A DNA stretch of 32,000 bases from Candidatus Saccharimonas aalborgensis (GTDB lineage: Bacteria > Patescibacteriota > Saccharimonadia > Saccharimonadales > Saccharimonadaceae): the NCBI RefSeq assembly GCF_000392435.1, contig NC_021219.1:750001-782000 (forward strand). Reading direction: 5' to 3'. Both the position numbers and the translations under genes were made by a program. This document shows, in pieces, positions 24,931-32,000 of this stretch; the stretch's first letter is position 1; each line of letters starts with the position of its first letter. The notes under the pieces are model-generated. The model was not told where the DNA came from and did no database searches. It worked only from the letters and a program-made list of their open reading frames with translations.

Positions 24931-26002
24931 CGTCAGTGATTTTACGGCGCTCCTCAACCAGACGCTTGAGTACGCGTATTCCTCTGTTGAGATTGAGGGC
25001 GAGGTAGCAAGTTTTAAGGTCAACCAAAATAAATATGTATTTTTTGACCTAAAGGATGAACAAGCAACCGTGAGCTGCTTTATGAGTGTCTGGCAGCTGC
25101 GAATCCCGATCGAAGACGGGATGAAAGTGGTTATCAAAGCCGTTCCAAAGCTCACTGCGTGGGGGAAGTTTAGCCTCACGGTTCAGTCGGTACGACCAAG
25201 CGGCGCAGGAAGTCTCAAAAAAAGTTTTGAGCTCTTGAGGGAGAAACTGGCAAAGGAAGGATTATTTGCGCCGGAGCGCAAGCGCCTACTGCCACGATTT
25301 CCGCAGCGGGTTGCTGTCATCAGTAGCACCGAAGCCGCGGGCTACAAAGATTTCATAAAAATTCTCGATAACCGCTGGGGAGGGGTTGCCGTCGAAGTCG
25401 CGCATGTACAAGTTCAGGGCGAGCGAGCTGCTGACCAGATTATCCGTGCCATTAAGTATTTCAATGAGAAAGAAACCTTAGCTGATGTTTTGGTAGTTGT
25501 GCGTGGGGGCGGAAGTGCTGACGACCTTAGCACCTTTAATGATGAACTGCTTGTAAGAGAAATGGCGGCGAGCAGGATACCGACACTGGTTGGCATAGGA
25601 CATGACGTTGACGAGACGTTGATTGACTTTGTGGCGGACGTAAGAGCTGCCACCCCCAGCAACGCAGCAGAGCTTCTGGTCCTGGACCGTCGAGAAGTCA
25701 TTGCATCAACCAATCACAGCCTAATGAGGATTGCATCACGTACCGAAGAGGCGATTGGACAACAGCAGACGAATATCGAGAGACAACTATCTGAAGCAGT
25801 GAAGGTGCTTGAAAGCAGATGCCAGCGTATAGAAGTAACGGTAGCGAGTATCTCGCAGCTGATCGAAGCATACAGCCCAAGAGAGGTGTTGGAGCGTGGT
25901 TACGCAGTTGTCAGAGGCAGGGTAGAGGTAGGAAGCATGATCAGCGTCGAGAGGGAAAAAGATATAATTATCGCGGAGGTCAAAGATGTCAAAAGAACAT
26001 AA
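24893..26002 (+). CDS. xseA: Exodeoxyribonuclease VII large subunit
   Basis: N-terminal OB region ISVSDFTALLNQTLEYAYSSVEIEGEVASFK aligns with E. coli XseA, followed by VVRGGGSADDL and GIGHDVDETL. ATG 24893 gives a 38-nt overlap with the upstream gene. TTG 24857 is only the maximal ORF extension. Confidence 0.9.
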   Translation: MTNETQNLSAIISVSDFTALLNQTLEYAYSSVEIEGEVASFKVNQNKYVFFDLKDEQATVSCFMSVWQLRIPIEDGMKVVIKAVPKLTAWGKFSLTVQSVRPSGAGSLKKSFELLREKLAKEGLFAPERKRLLPRFPQRVAVISSTEAAGYKDFIKILDNRWGGVAVEVAHVQVQGERAADQIIRAIKYFNEKETLADVLVVVRGGGSADDLSTFNDELLVREMAASRIPTLVGIGHDVDETLIDFVADVRAATPSNAAELLVLDRREVIASTNHSLMRIASRTEEAIGQQQTNIERQLSEAVKVLESRCQRIEVTVASISQLIEAYSPREVLERGYAVVRGRVEVGSMISVEREKDIIIAEVKDVKRT

Positions 26003-26195
26003 AACTATCAACGAGCAGATGGCACAACTACAAGAATTGGTTGGTTGGTTTGAGGGAGACGACTTCGAAATTGAACAAGCGCTCGACAAATATGCGGAAG
26101 CGGAAAAACTGGCGCGTGATATCCAGGTACAGCTGACAGAATACAAAAATCAAATTACGGTACTAAAAAAACGCTTTGATCAAACGGACCTATGA
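25986..26195 (+). CDS. xseB: Exodeoxyribonuclease VII small subunit
   Basis: A 69-aa helical protein (LQELVGWFEGDDFEIEQALDKYAEAEKLARDIQ) with a GGAGGT SD. It overlaps the xseA 3' end by 17 nt. Confidence 0.88.
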   Translation: MSKEHKTINEQMAQLQELVGWFEGDDFEIEQALDKYAEAEKLARDIQVQLTEYKNQITVLKKRFDQTDL

Positions 26196-26713
26196 TGTGG
26201 CTCTGGATTTTGAGCGGCTTTGTCATTTTTTTTGGATTCATGGCGTTCACCGGTGCACCCTACCTGCCTTCAAAACGGAAGGAGTTGGAGCGTACATTCC
26301 GCGAACTCTGTCCCCTCGACGACGATACCCTTGTTGATATTGGCTCGGGAGACGGTATCGTTCTTCGGGAGGCAATTCGTCAGGGGGCTCGTCATGCCTA
26401 TGGTGTCGAGATCAACCCCTTCATCGCCTGGGTTTCGCGGTTAGTATCGCGTCGGTACGGAAACAGAATCAAAGTGCGATGCGCGAATCTCTGGACGATC
26501 ACGTTTCCTGCGGAGACAACGGTTGTATATACCTTTGCAACGCATAGAGACATCAAAAAGATGTACAAAAAAGTTGCACAGGAAGCCTCGCGACTCGGGC
26601 GAACTATCAGGTTTGTATCCTATGCATTTGAGGTACCGGGTGTTCCTAAAAAAATGACACTTGGGGCACACCATCTCTATGAGGTAAAGCCCTTTACAGA
26701 TAAAAAAGCGTAA
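26192..26713 (+). CDS. Membrane-anchored class I SAM methyltransferase, FAM173/ATPSCKMT-like
   Basis: N-terminal TM (WLWILSGFVIFFGFMAF), then GAPYLPS, LVDIGSGDGIVL, YGVEINPFIAWVSR, NLWTITF and VVYTF. From memory, this parallels human FAM173B (LPFVPAT, LVDIGSGDGRIV, GYELNPWLVWYSR, DLWKVTF, VVIFG). ATGA overlap with xseB. Confidence 0.6.
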   Translation: MMWLWILSGFVIFFGFMAFTGAPYLPSKRKELERTFRELCPLDDDTLVDIGSGDGIVLREAIRQGARHAYGVEINPFIAWVSRLVSRRYGNRIKVRCANLWTITFPAETTVVYTFATHRDIKKMYKKVAQEASRLGRTIRFVSYAFEVPGVPKKMTLGAHHLYEVKPFTDKKA

Positions 26714-26720
26714 GTATAAT
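26692..26720 (+). promoter_or_regulatory. TTTACA-17-TATAAT promoter; the -10 ends 7 nt before ATG 26728
   Basis: Hexamers and spacing were counted directly. The -35 lies inside the 3' end of the preceding gene. Confidence 0.55.
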
Positions 26721-26727
26721 AAGAACT

Positions 26728-27393
26728 ATGGTACGGTCAAAAAAAGAATCTGGAATGATCCACGGATACGTCTTTGTTATTATTGCATTAGCACTATTAA
26801 CGGTGTTTTTTGGGGGGTTTTCGGTCTGGGCGTATCTCAACTATACTGACGTGAAGGATGATGTCGATGGGAAAATAACGGTCGCCAAGGCGGAAGCGTC
26901 TAAGCAGCAAGCCGAGGCTGATGAAGTTAAGTTTTTGGATCGAGAAAAGCAGCCGATGCGTCAGTTTGTCGGCCCGGACGACTACGGACACCTGACGTTT
27001 GATTATCCAAAGACGTGGAGTGCTTACCAAGCTACCGATGTAAGTGGCGGTGGGGGCGCGACATATCAGGCGTATCTTAACCCTATATTGGTGCCGCCAA
27101 TCAGTGTACAGAATCAGAAAGTTGCACTGAGAGTGACGATCGAGCAGACATCGTACGAAAAATCCCTCGGAAACTATGATGCCGCAATCAAAAAAGGTGA
27201 CCTTAAATCGATTGCGTGGTCAAATGATAACGGCATGAGTGGTACGCGCGTTGACGGTAACTTCAACAAGGACGTCAGGGGTGCTGCTATTATTGTCAAA
27301 ATGCGTGACCGTACACTTACTATTAGAACGGATGCCGATATATTTAAAGCCGATTTTGATGCACTTATCAAAACGGTGAAGTTCAATCAGTAA
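26728..27393 (+). CDS. Hypothetical membrane-anchored extracytoplasmic protein
   Basis: An N-terminal TM (YVFVIIALALLTVFFGGFSVWAYL) is followed by a soluble domain of about 170 aa (FDYPKTWSAY...). TTTACA-17-TATAAT ends 7 nt before the ATG. Confidence 0.6.
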   Translation: MVRSKKESGMIHGYVFVIIALALLTVFFGGFSVWAYLNYTDVKDDVDGKITVAKAEASKQQAEADEVKFLDREKQPMRQFVGPDDYGHLTFDYPKTWSAYQATDVSGGGGATYQAYLNPILVPPISVQNQKVALRVTIEQTSYEKSLGNYDAAIKKGDLKSIAWSNDNGMSGTRVDGNFNKDVRGAAIIVKMRDRTLTIRTDADIFKADFDALIKTVKFNQ

Positions 27394-27430
27394 ATTGTGC
27401 TAAACCGGCCCCCCATGGACTGCTCTTTCG

Positions 27431-27439
27431 TGCTACACT
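27431..27439 (+). promoter_or_regulatory. Extended -10 TGcTACACT, 9 nt before the kinase ATG 27449
   Basis: No SD is present in AGAGACAGT. Confidence 0.4.
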
Positions 27440-27448
27440 AGAGACAGT

Positions 27449-28186
27449 ATGGAGGGGAGTGAGAGACAATTCAAGGATGAGGGTGGCGTTTCAGTAATTG
27501 ATACGCCCTTTTTTGTTGCTGCGGCACATGAACTCAAGTCTCCACTGGCCCTCATCCGCCAGCTTTCTCTTGCATTGGAGGCCGGGGATTGTTCGCTTGA
27601 TGAAGCATCAACAATGATCCGCCGGATTTCGCTGACGAGTGAGCGGGCACTGAGATTGACGACAGATTTAACACGCAGTTCGCGTCTCAAGGATAGCTTG
27701 TTTTCGCTTGAGCCTGTCAACCCAATGTCACTATGCGAAGAGGTTGTGGACGAACTTCAGCCGCTGTACGCGGCCAAGGGCCGTCGGTTGGTAGTCGCCG
27801 AGAGACATCGCCCTCTACTAGCCGTGGCAAATAAAGATCTACTGAGGAGAATACTAATAAACTTTGCTGACAACGCGCTTCACTATAGTGTCGGGAGTGA
27901 GCCAGTAGTAGTGAAAGCTTCGGCCCATAGCGGTGGCACAAAAATTCGATTAGCGGTGCGTGACCATGGTCCCGCGTTGCCATCGCAACTGTGGCGGCGG
28001 CTCGATACTTCTCTCGGAGTTAGTTCTCAGCCGCTGCATAACCGTCCGCAAAGTAGCGGTCTAGGACTTACGATTGCACGGCGCTTTGCTGAAACGATGA
28101 TGGGAAGTGTAGGCGCAACTCGCCATCAAGACGGCGCGACATTTTATGTTGATCTGACCGCGTCGACGCAACTGAGGTTGTTGTAA
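27449..28186 (+). CDS. Histidine kinase consisting only of the DHp + CA core (no TM or sensor domain)
   Basis: H-box AAAHELKSPLALI has its His at residue 27. N-box INFADNALHYS, G1-like VRDHGPALP, G2 SGLGLTIARR. 245 aa in total. Confidence 0.85.
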   Translation: MEGSERQFKDEGGVSVIDTPFFVAAAHELKSPLALIRQLSLALEAGDCSLDEASTMIRRISLTSERALRLTTDLTRSSRLKDSLFSLEPVNPMSLCEEVVDELQPLYAAKGRRLVVAERHRPLLAVANKDLLRRILINFADNALHYSVGSEPVVVKASAHSGGTKIRLAVRDHGPALPSQLWRRLDTSLGVSSQPLHNRPQSSGLGLTIARRFAETMMGSVGATRHQDGATFYVDLTASTQLRLL

Positions 28187-28557
28187 TGAGCCACCCACTT
28201 GTAGTGGTCATAGACGACGACGAGTGGATGAGTGCTCATGTGGCTCGAGTATTGAAGAAGCATGGCTACGAAGTGGAAGCGGTGCCTCATGCCATCGAAG
28301 GGATGCAGCTGATTGATCGCACGCATCCGGCGGCCATCATTCTTGATTTATTTATGCCTGGCCCAAATGCGTTTGTACTACTTCATGAGTTGCGCTCACA
28401 CAGTGATCTCTCACAAATACCTATCATATTGTGTACCAATAGTGCCCGCGAATTGGGTGACTATGATCTCGGATCGTATGGCGTCCATATCGTACTCGAC
28501 AAGACAACAATGCAACCCGACGACTTGGTTGCGGCAGTTCGGAGAGTGACATCATGA
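28186..28557 (+). CDS. Stand-alone receiver-domain response regulator
   Basis: VVVIDDDE, phospho-acceptor AIILDLFMPG (Asp54), ILCTNS and VLDKT. The start overlaps the kinase stop (TAATG) and the stop overlaps the recO start (ATGA). Confidence 0.85.
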   Translation: MSHPLVVVIDDDEWMSAHVARVLKKHGYEVEAVPHAIEGMQLIDRTHPAAIILDLFMPGPNAFVLLHELRSHSDLSQIPIILCTNSARELGDYDLGSYGVHIVLDKTTMQPDDLVAAVRRVTS

Positions 28558-29228
28558 GTGTCGAGCGGACGCGGGCAATTATCCTGAGGAGAACGAATTA
28601 TGGTGAAGCAGATCGCGTACTCAGAATGATCACACCGCTCGGCCAACGGTCTGTGATTGCTAAAGGTGTGAGAAGAGAAAAAAGCAAATTGGCCGGAGGA
28701 ATCGAGCTATTTGCGATTAGTGACGTCGTTATTACGGGGGGGAGGGGCGAGTTGGGGATACTGACTTCTGCGCGGTTGGTGCAGTTTTATCAGCACATAT
28801 TGAACGACTACGATCGCCTCCAGTTTGGGTACGAATCAATAAATCTGGTAGCAAAAGCAAGTGAAATGATTGACGAGCCAGAGTGGTATGGTGTCCTCAG
28901 TGAGGTGTATATGGGGCTTGATGTGTCGACGATTCCGCTGCAGCTCATCCAAACGTGGTTTTATGTTCACTATGCAGAGTTGACGGGATATGAGTTGAAT
29001 CTCGAGAATGATGTTACTGGCCAGCCGCTTGATGAGAAAAAAACGTACATGTATGATTCGTCTGAGCGTGGGTTGAGACCGGCGGAGCAGGGAGATATTT
29101 CGGCAGATCATATCAAGTTACTGCGCATCATTGCAACCAAGCCAATTCAAACCATTACCCAGATAGGTGGGGTGATGAGCATTTTACCTGATTGTTGGCT
29201 GATCGCCCGTCAACATGCCTCGGTGTAA
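28554..29228 (+). CDS. recO: DNA repair / recombination mediator RecO
   Basis: The N-terminal OB region RAIILRRTNYGEADRVLRMITPLGQRSVIAKGVRREKSKLAGGIELF is collinear with E. coli RecO. Confidence 0.85.
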   Translation: MSVERTRAIILRRTNYGEADRVLRMITPLGQRSVIAKGVRREKSKLAGGIELFAISDVVITGGRGELGILTSARLVQFYQHILNDYDRLQFGYESINLVAKASEMIDEPEWYGVLSEVYMGLDVSTIPLQLIQTWFYVHYAELTGYELNLENDVTGQPLDEKKTYMYDSSERGLRPAEQGDISADHIKLLRIIATKPIQTITQIGGVMSILPDCWLIARQHASV

Positions 29229-29233
29229 AATTA

Positions 29234-29242
29234 TGCTATACT
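29234..29242 (+). promoter_or_regulatory. Extended -10 TGcTATACT upstream of glyQS (leader of about 47 nt)
   Basis: Counted directly in the 67-bp gap. Confidence 0.45.
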
Positions 29243-29262
29243 ACGACTAAGGTTAATTCTAA

Positions 29263-29279
29263 GCATGTTGCCAACATGC
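29263..29279. other. 17-bp palindrome GCATGTTGcCAACATGC in the glyQS leader
   Basis: It has perfect 8-bp arms around one central base. Confidence 0.55.
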
Positions 29280-29295
29280 AGGAAGTGTGTGCACT

Positions 29296-30660
29296 ATGAG
29301 CGACGTAAAACTTGATGATATCGTGAGCCTCGCAAAACGGAGAGGCTTTGTTTACCCGGGTAGTGAGATCTACGGCGGTGAAGCTGGTTTGTATGATTTT
29401 GGACCGTACGGTGTGGAGCTGCTCAATAACATTAAGAAGTCTTGGTGGCGCCGCAATGTACAGCTCAAAGAAAATTATGTCGGGATTGATTCGGCGATGT
29501 TCAAAAATCCGCGTGTTTGGGAAGCTTCGGGACATGTTGCGGGATTTGCCGACCCGCTTGCTGAGTGTCGTGAGTGTCATGCGCGTATTCGCGTTGACAA
29601 GGAGCTGGCAGCGATCGGCGTACAGGCCGACGAAAAAATGAGTAATGAAGATTTGAATAAATTGTTTGACGATAACCGCGACAAGATCAAGTGTCCTGTG
29701 TGTGGCAAGCAGAACTTTACCGAGTCTAAGCCATTCAATATGTTGGTTCAATCAAATCTCGGTGACTTTACTAGTGAAAACAAACGACCTGTCTATCTAC
29801 CTGGTGAGGCATGTCAGGGGATTTATCTCAATTTCAAAAACGTTGTCGATACAACGCGAATGAAGATACCATTTGGTATCGCTCAGATTGGCAAAGCCTT
29901 TCGCAATGAGATTAGTCCGCGCAATTTCCTATTTCGTACTCGCGAGCTTGAGCAAGCTGATACGCAGTTTTTTGTGAAACCACACGAGAACAAAGAAGCC
30001 TATGAGCGAATCAAGCAAGATCGCTGGGACTGGTATGTGAGTGACCTCGGTATCAATCCTGAGAAATTGCGCTGGCATCAGCATGAAAACCTGGTGTTTT
30101 ATGCGTCGGATGCCTGGGATATCGAGTACAGCTACCCGAGTCTTGGCTTCGACGAGGTGGAGGGCATTCATGATCGGACTGACTATGACCTGTCGCAGCA
30201 CATGAAATATAGCGGTGTCGACCTCAATTACATCGACCCAATGACACAAGAGAAGTACATTCCGTGGGTACTCGAGACCTCTATGGGAATGGGACGCATC
30301 TTTATGGCCGTGATGAGTGATGCCTATACGGTGGAAACGATGGAAAATGGTGACACGCGAACTGTATTGAAACTAAAGCCAGAGCTTGCGCCCGTGCAGT
30401 ATGCGGTGTTTCCGCTGCTCAAGAATAGGCCTGAGCTTGTCGCAAAAGCCCGTGAGGTCTATGAAGAGTTGAGCAAAAAATTTGTCTGTGAATGGGACGA
30501 CAATGGCAACATCGGCAAACGCTATCGTCGCCAAGACGAAATCGGTACGCCCTACTGTGTGGTGATCGATTTCCAGACGTTAGAGGATGGGACGGTAACG
30601 GTGCGGGATAGAGATACGACGGAACAGAAGAGGGTGAAGCCCGAGGAGACCGCCCGGTAA
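29296..30660 (+). CDS. glyQS: Glycyl-tRNA synthetase, alpha2 (GlyQS) type
   Basis: IVSLAKRRGFVYPGSEIYGG, the Cys pairs CRECH...CPVCG, FNMLVQSNLG, IGKAFRNEISPRNFLFRTRELEQ and the C-terminal anticodon-binding domain IGKRYRRQDEIGTPYCVVID. ATG 29296 is preferred over GTG 29287. Confidence 0.93.
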   Translation: MSDVKLDDIVSLAKRRGFVYPGSEIYGGEAGLYDFGPYGVELLNNIKKSWWRRNVQLKENYVGIDSAMFKNPRVWEASGHVAGFADPLAECRECHARIRVDKELAAIGVQADEKMSNEDLNKLFDDNRDKIKCPVCGKQNFTESKPFNMLVQSNLGDFTSENKRPVYLPGEACQGIYLNFKNVVDTTRMKIPFGIAQIGKAFRNEISPRNFLFRTRELEQADTQFFVKPHENKEAYERIKQDRWDWYVSDLGINPEKLRWHQHENLVFYASDAWDIEYSYPSLGFDEVEGIHDRTDYDLSQHMKYSGVDLNYIDPMTQEKYIPWVLETSMGMGRIFMAVMSDAYTVETMENGDTRTVLKLKPELAPVQYAVFPLLKNRPELVAKAREVYEELSKKFVCEWDDNGNIGKRYRRQDEIGTPYCVVIDFQTLEDGTVTVRDRDTTEQKRVKPEETAR

Positions 30661-31193
30661 TGATAAGTAATTACGCTTACATCGATGGGCAGAACCTCAA
30701 GATGGGAACCATTGACACTAACCCATCGTGGCAGATTGACCTGAGACGATTTCGTGTGTATTTGAGGGAAAAATACAATGTCGAAAAAGCGTTTTACTAC
30801 ATGGGATATGTGATAGATGGCGCAAAATACGAAAAATTGTATGAAAACATCCAAGAAGCCGGTTTTATATTGGTGTTTCGTGAGCACAATAGTTCGATGC
30901 TCGGCAAAAAGAAGGGAAACGTCGATACTGATATTGTCCTAAATGTTATGAAACGTACATATCTAAAAGAGCCGTTCGATAAAATTGTGCTTGTTTCGGG
31001 TGACGGTGACTACAAAGCACTTGTAGACTTCTTGATCGAGCAAAACAAATTCGAAAAAATTCTTTTCCCGAACAAAAAATTTGCCTCGTCCCTGTACAAG
31101 CAGCTTGAACCAAAGTATTTTGACTATCTAAATTACCCGTCCGTGCAACATAAAATTGAATATCAAAAAAGAAGGTCCTCCTTAGGTAATTAG
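30660..31193 (+). CDS. NYN/LabA-like domain protein (predicted RNase fold)
   Basis: YIDGQNL at the N-terminus, NVDTDIVLNVM and IVLVSGDGDYKALVDFL. The ATG shares one base with the glyQS TAA stop (TAATG). Confidence 0.75.
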   Translation: MISNYAYIDGQNLKMGTIDTNPSWQIDLRRFRVYLREKYNVEKAFYYMGYVIDGAKYEKLYENIQEAGFILVFREHNSSMLGKKKGNVDTDIVLNVMKRTYLKEPFDKIVLVSGDGDYKALVDFLIEQNKFEKILFPNKKFASSLYKQLEPKYFDYLNYPSVQHKIEYQKRRSSLGN

Positions 31194-31265
31194 CCTTTCG
31201 GATCGCCTTCGTCTTGATGGATATATTGTACCAAAGTTTAATAATTTTTACAAGAGGTAACAAAG

Positions 31266-31661
31266 ATGTTTCGGTTTGACACAACCTCGCTCTCAATTAA
31301 TGCAAAACCCGAAAAAGTCTGGGAGTATGTGGCGAATATCAATAACTGGCCGCAGTTTAGTGATTTTGCAAGTAATATCGAGAAGATAAAAGATGGCGAG
31401 TGGGTATTTCACACATCACAGGGTGATGTACGAGTAATCGAGAAGTTTGATCGTGAACATCTACTACTCGATACTATATGCATTGTACCGAGCGGTGATG
31501 AACAATTTATCCCGTATCGCGTGGTGCCAAATGGCGAGGGCTGCGAACTAATCATGACAAATCAGCAAACTGCCGGCGTCAGCGATACAGAATACGCCGA
31601 GCAATTGACGTGGATGCGCGAGGAACTTGAAAACATTAAGAAAATTATGGAGGTGAGATGA
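31266..31661 (+). CDS. SRPBCC (START/polyketide-cyclase-like) family protein
   Basis: INAKPEKVWEYVANINNWPQFSDF is the typical N-terminal signature, in a 131-aa protein. SD AAGAGGT lies 7 nt upstream. Confidence 0.55.
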   Translation: MFRFDTTSLSINAKPEKVWEYVANINNWPQFSDFASNIEKIKDGEWVFHTSQGDVRVIEKFDREHLLLDTICIVPSGDEQFIPYRVVPNGEGCELIMTNQQTAGVSDTEYAEQLTWMREELENIKKIMEVR

Positions 31662-32000
31662 GATTATCGATCAATTCACTTCGTGAACAAGTTACAAAGA
31701 TACTAGAAAAGAATTTGTCCCACGAACAGGCTGAAATTGTGGCAAAGTATTTTGTGTGGGCGGAGATGTCGGGAAACAAAACACAGGGAATCGTGAAACT
31801 TATGGGGGCGTCCTCGATACAAAATATTAGACCCCAGGGTGAGATCGAGATAGTAAAAGATACAAAATTGTCGCGAATTATTGATGCAAAAGACAATCCC
31901 GCGCCATTGAATGCTCAGATAGCTACCGACCTTGCCATACAAAAAGCCAGCGAGCACGGTTTTGCAATCGTCGGGGTAAAAAATACTTTTTCGAGCAATG
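31658..32000 (+). CDS. Malate/L-lactate dehydrogenase (Ldh_2) family oxidoreductase, 3' end outside the window (partial)
   Basis: This ORF is not in the ORF track because it has no stop in the window. My translation is MRLSINSLREQVTKILEKNLSHEQAEIVAKYFVWAEMSGNKTQGIVKLMG...LAIQKASEHGFAIVGVKNTFSSN, which follows the Ldh_2 N-terminal pattern. ATGA overlap with the previous gene. Confidence 0.5.
   Translation, partial: MRLSINSLREQVTKILEKNLSHEQAEIVAKYFVWAEMSGNKTQGIVKLMGASSIQNIRPQGEIEIVKDTKLSRIIDAKDNPAPLNAQIATDLAIQKASEHGFAIVGVKNTFSSN

Overview
This is a dense housekeeping window, almost entirely on the plus strand, with 34 CDS, two of them cut by the window edges. Intergenic gaps are at most 114 bp. 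I found no rRNA, tRNA, CRISPR array, IS or transposon, integrase or long repeat. Gene content: lysS, a MacB/FtsX-type ABC pair, serS, a pyrD-like gene, hpf, secA, two tandem half-size M16 peptidases, murD and murI, prfB, ftsE-ftsX followed by a coiled-coil CHAP hydrolase and ctp, rpmA, xseA-xseB, recO, glyQS, three methyltransferase-fold genes, two receiver-only response regulators and one sensor-less histidine kinase. UGA is used as a stop codon and RF2 is present, so the standard code 11 applies. The alpha2-type GlyRS, the PcsB-like hydrolase after ftsEX, the absence of outer-membrane genes and the very tight packing suggest a small-genome monoderm lineage. A Patescibacteria/Saccharibacteria-like source is my guess and cannot be verified here. 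I see no defence island or clearly novel multi-gene system. The observations most worth follow-up are: (1) a recurrent leaderless-type start architecture, including two 22-23 bp divergent intergenic regions with overlapping or palindromic -10 boxes; (2) a cassette of membrane-anchored protein, core-only histidine kinase and receiver-only regulator that is translationally coupled to recO; (3) a class-2-like dihydroorotate dehydrogenase with a class-1-type Cys at the catalytic-base position; (4) a membrane-anchored FAM173/ATPSCKMT-like methyltransferase coupled to xseAB; (5) an ftsEX / CHAP hydrolase / ctp module. All promoter, hairpin and family calls come from reading the sequence by eye and are not database results.
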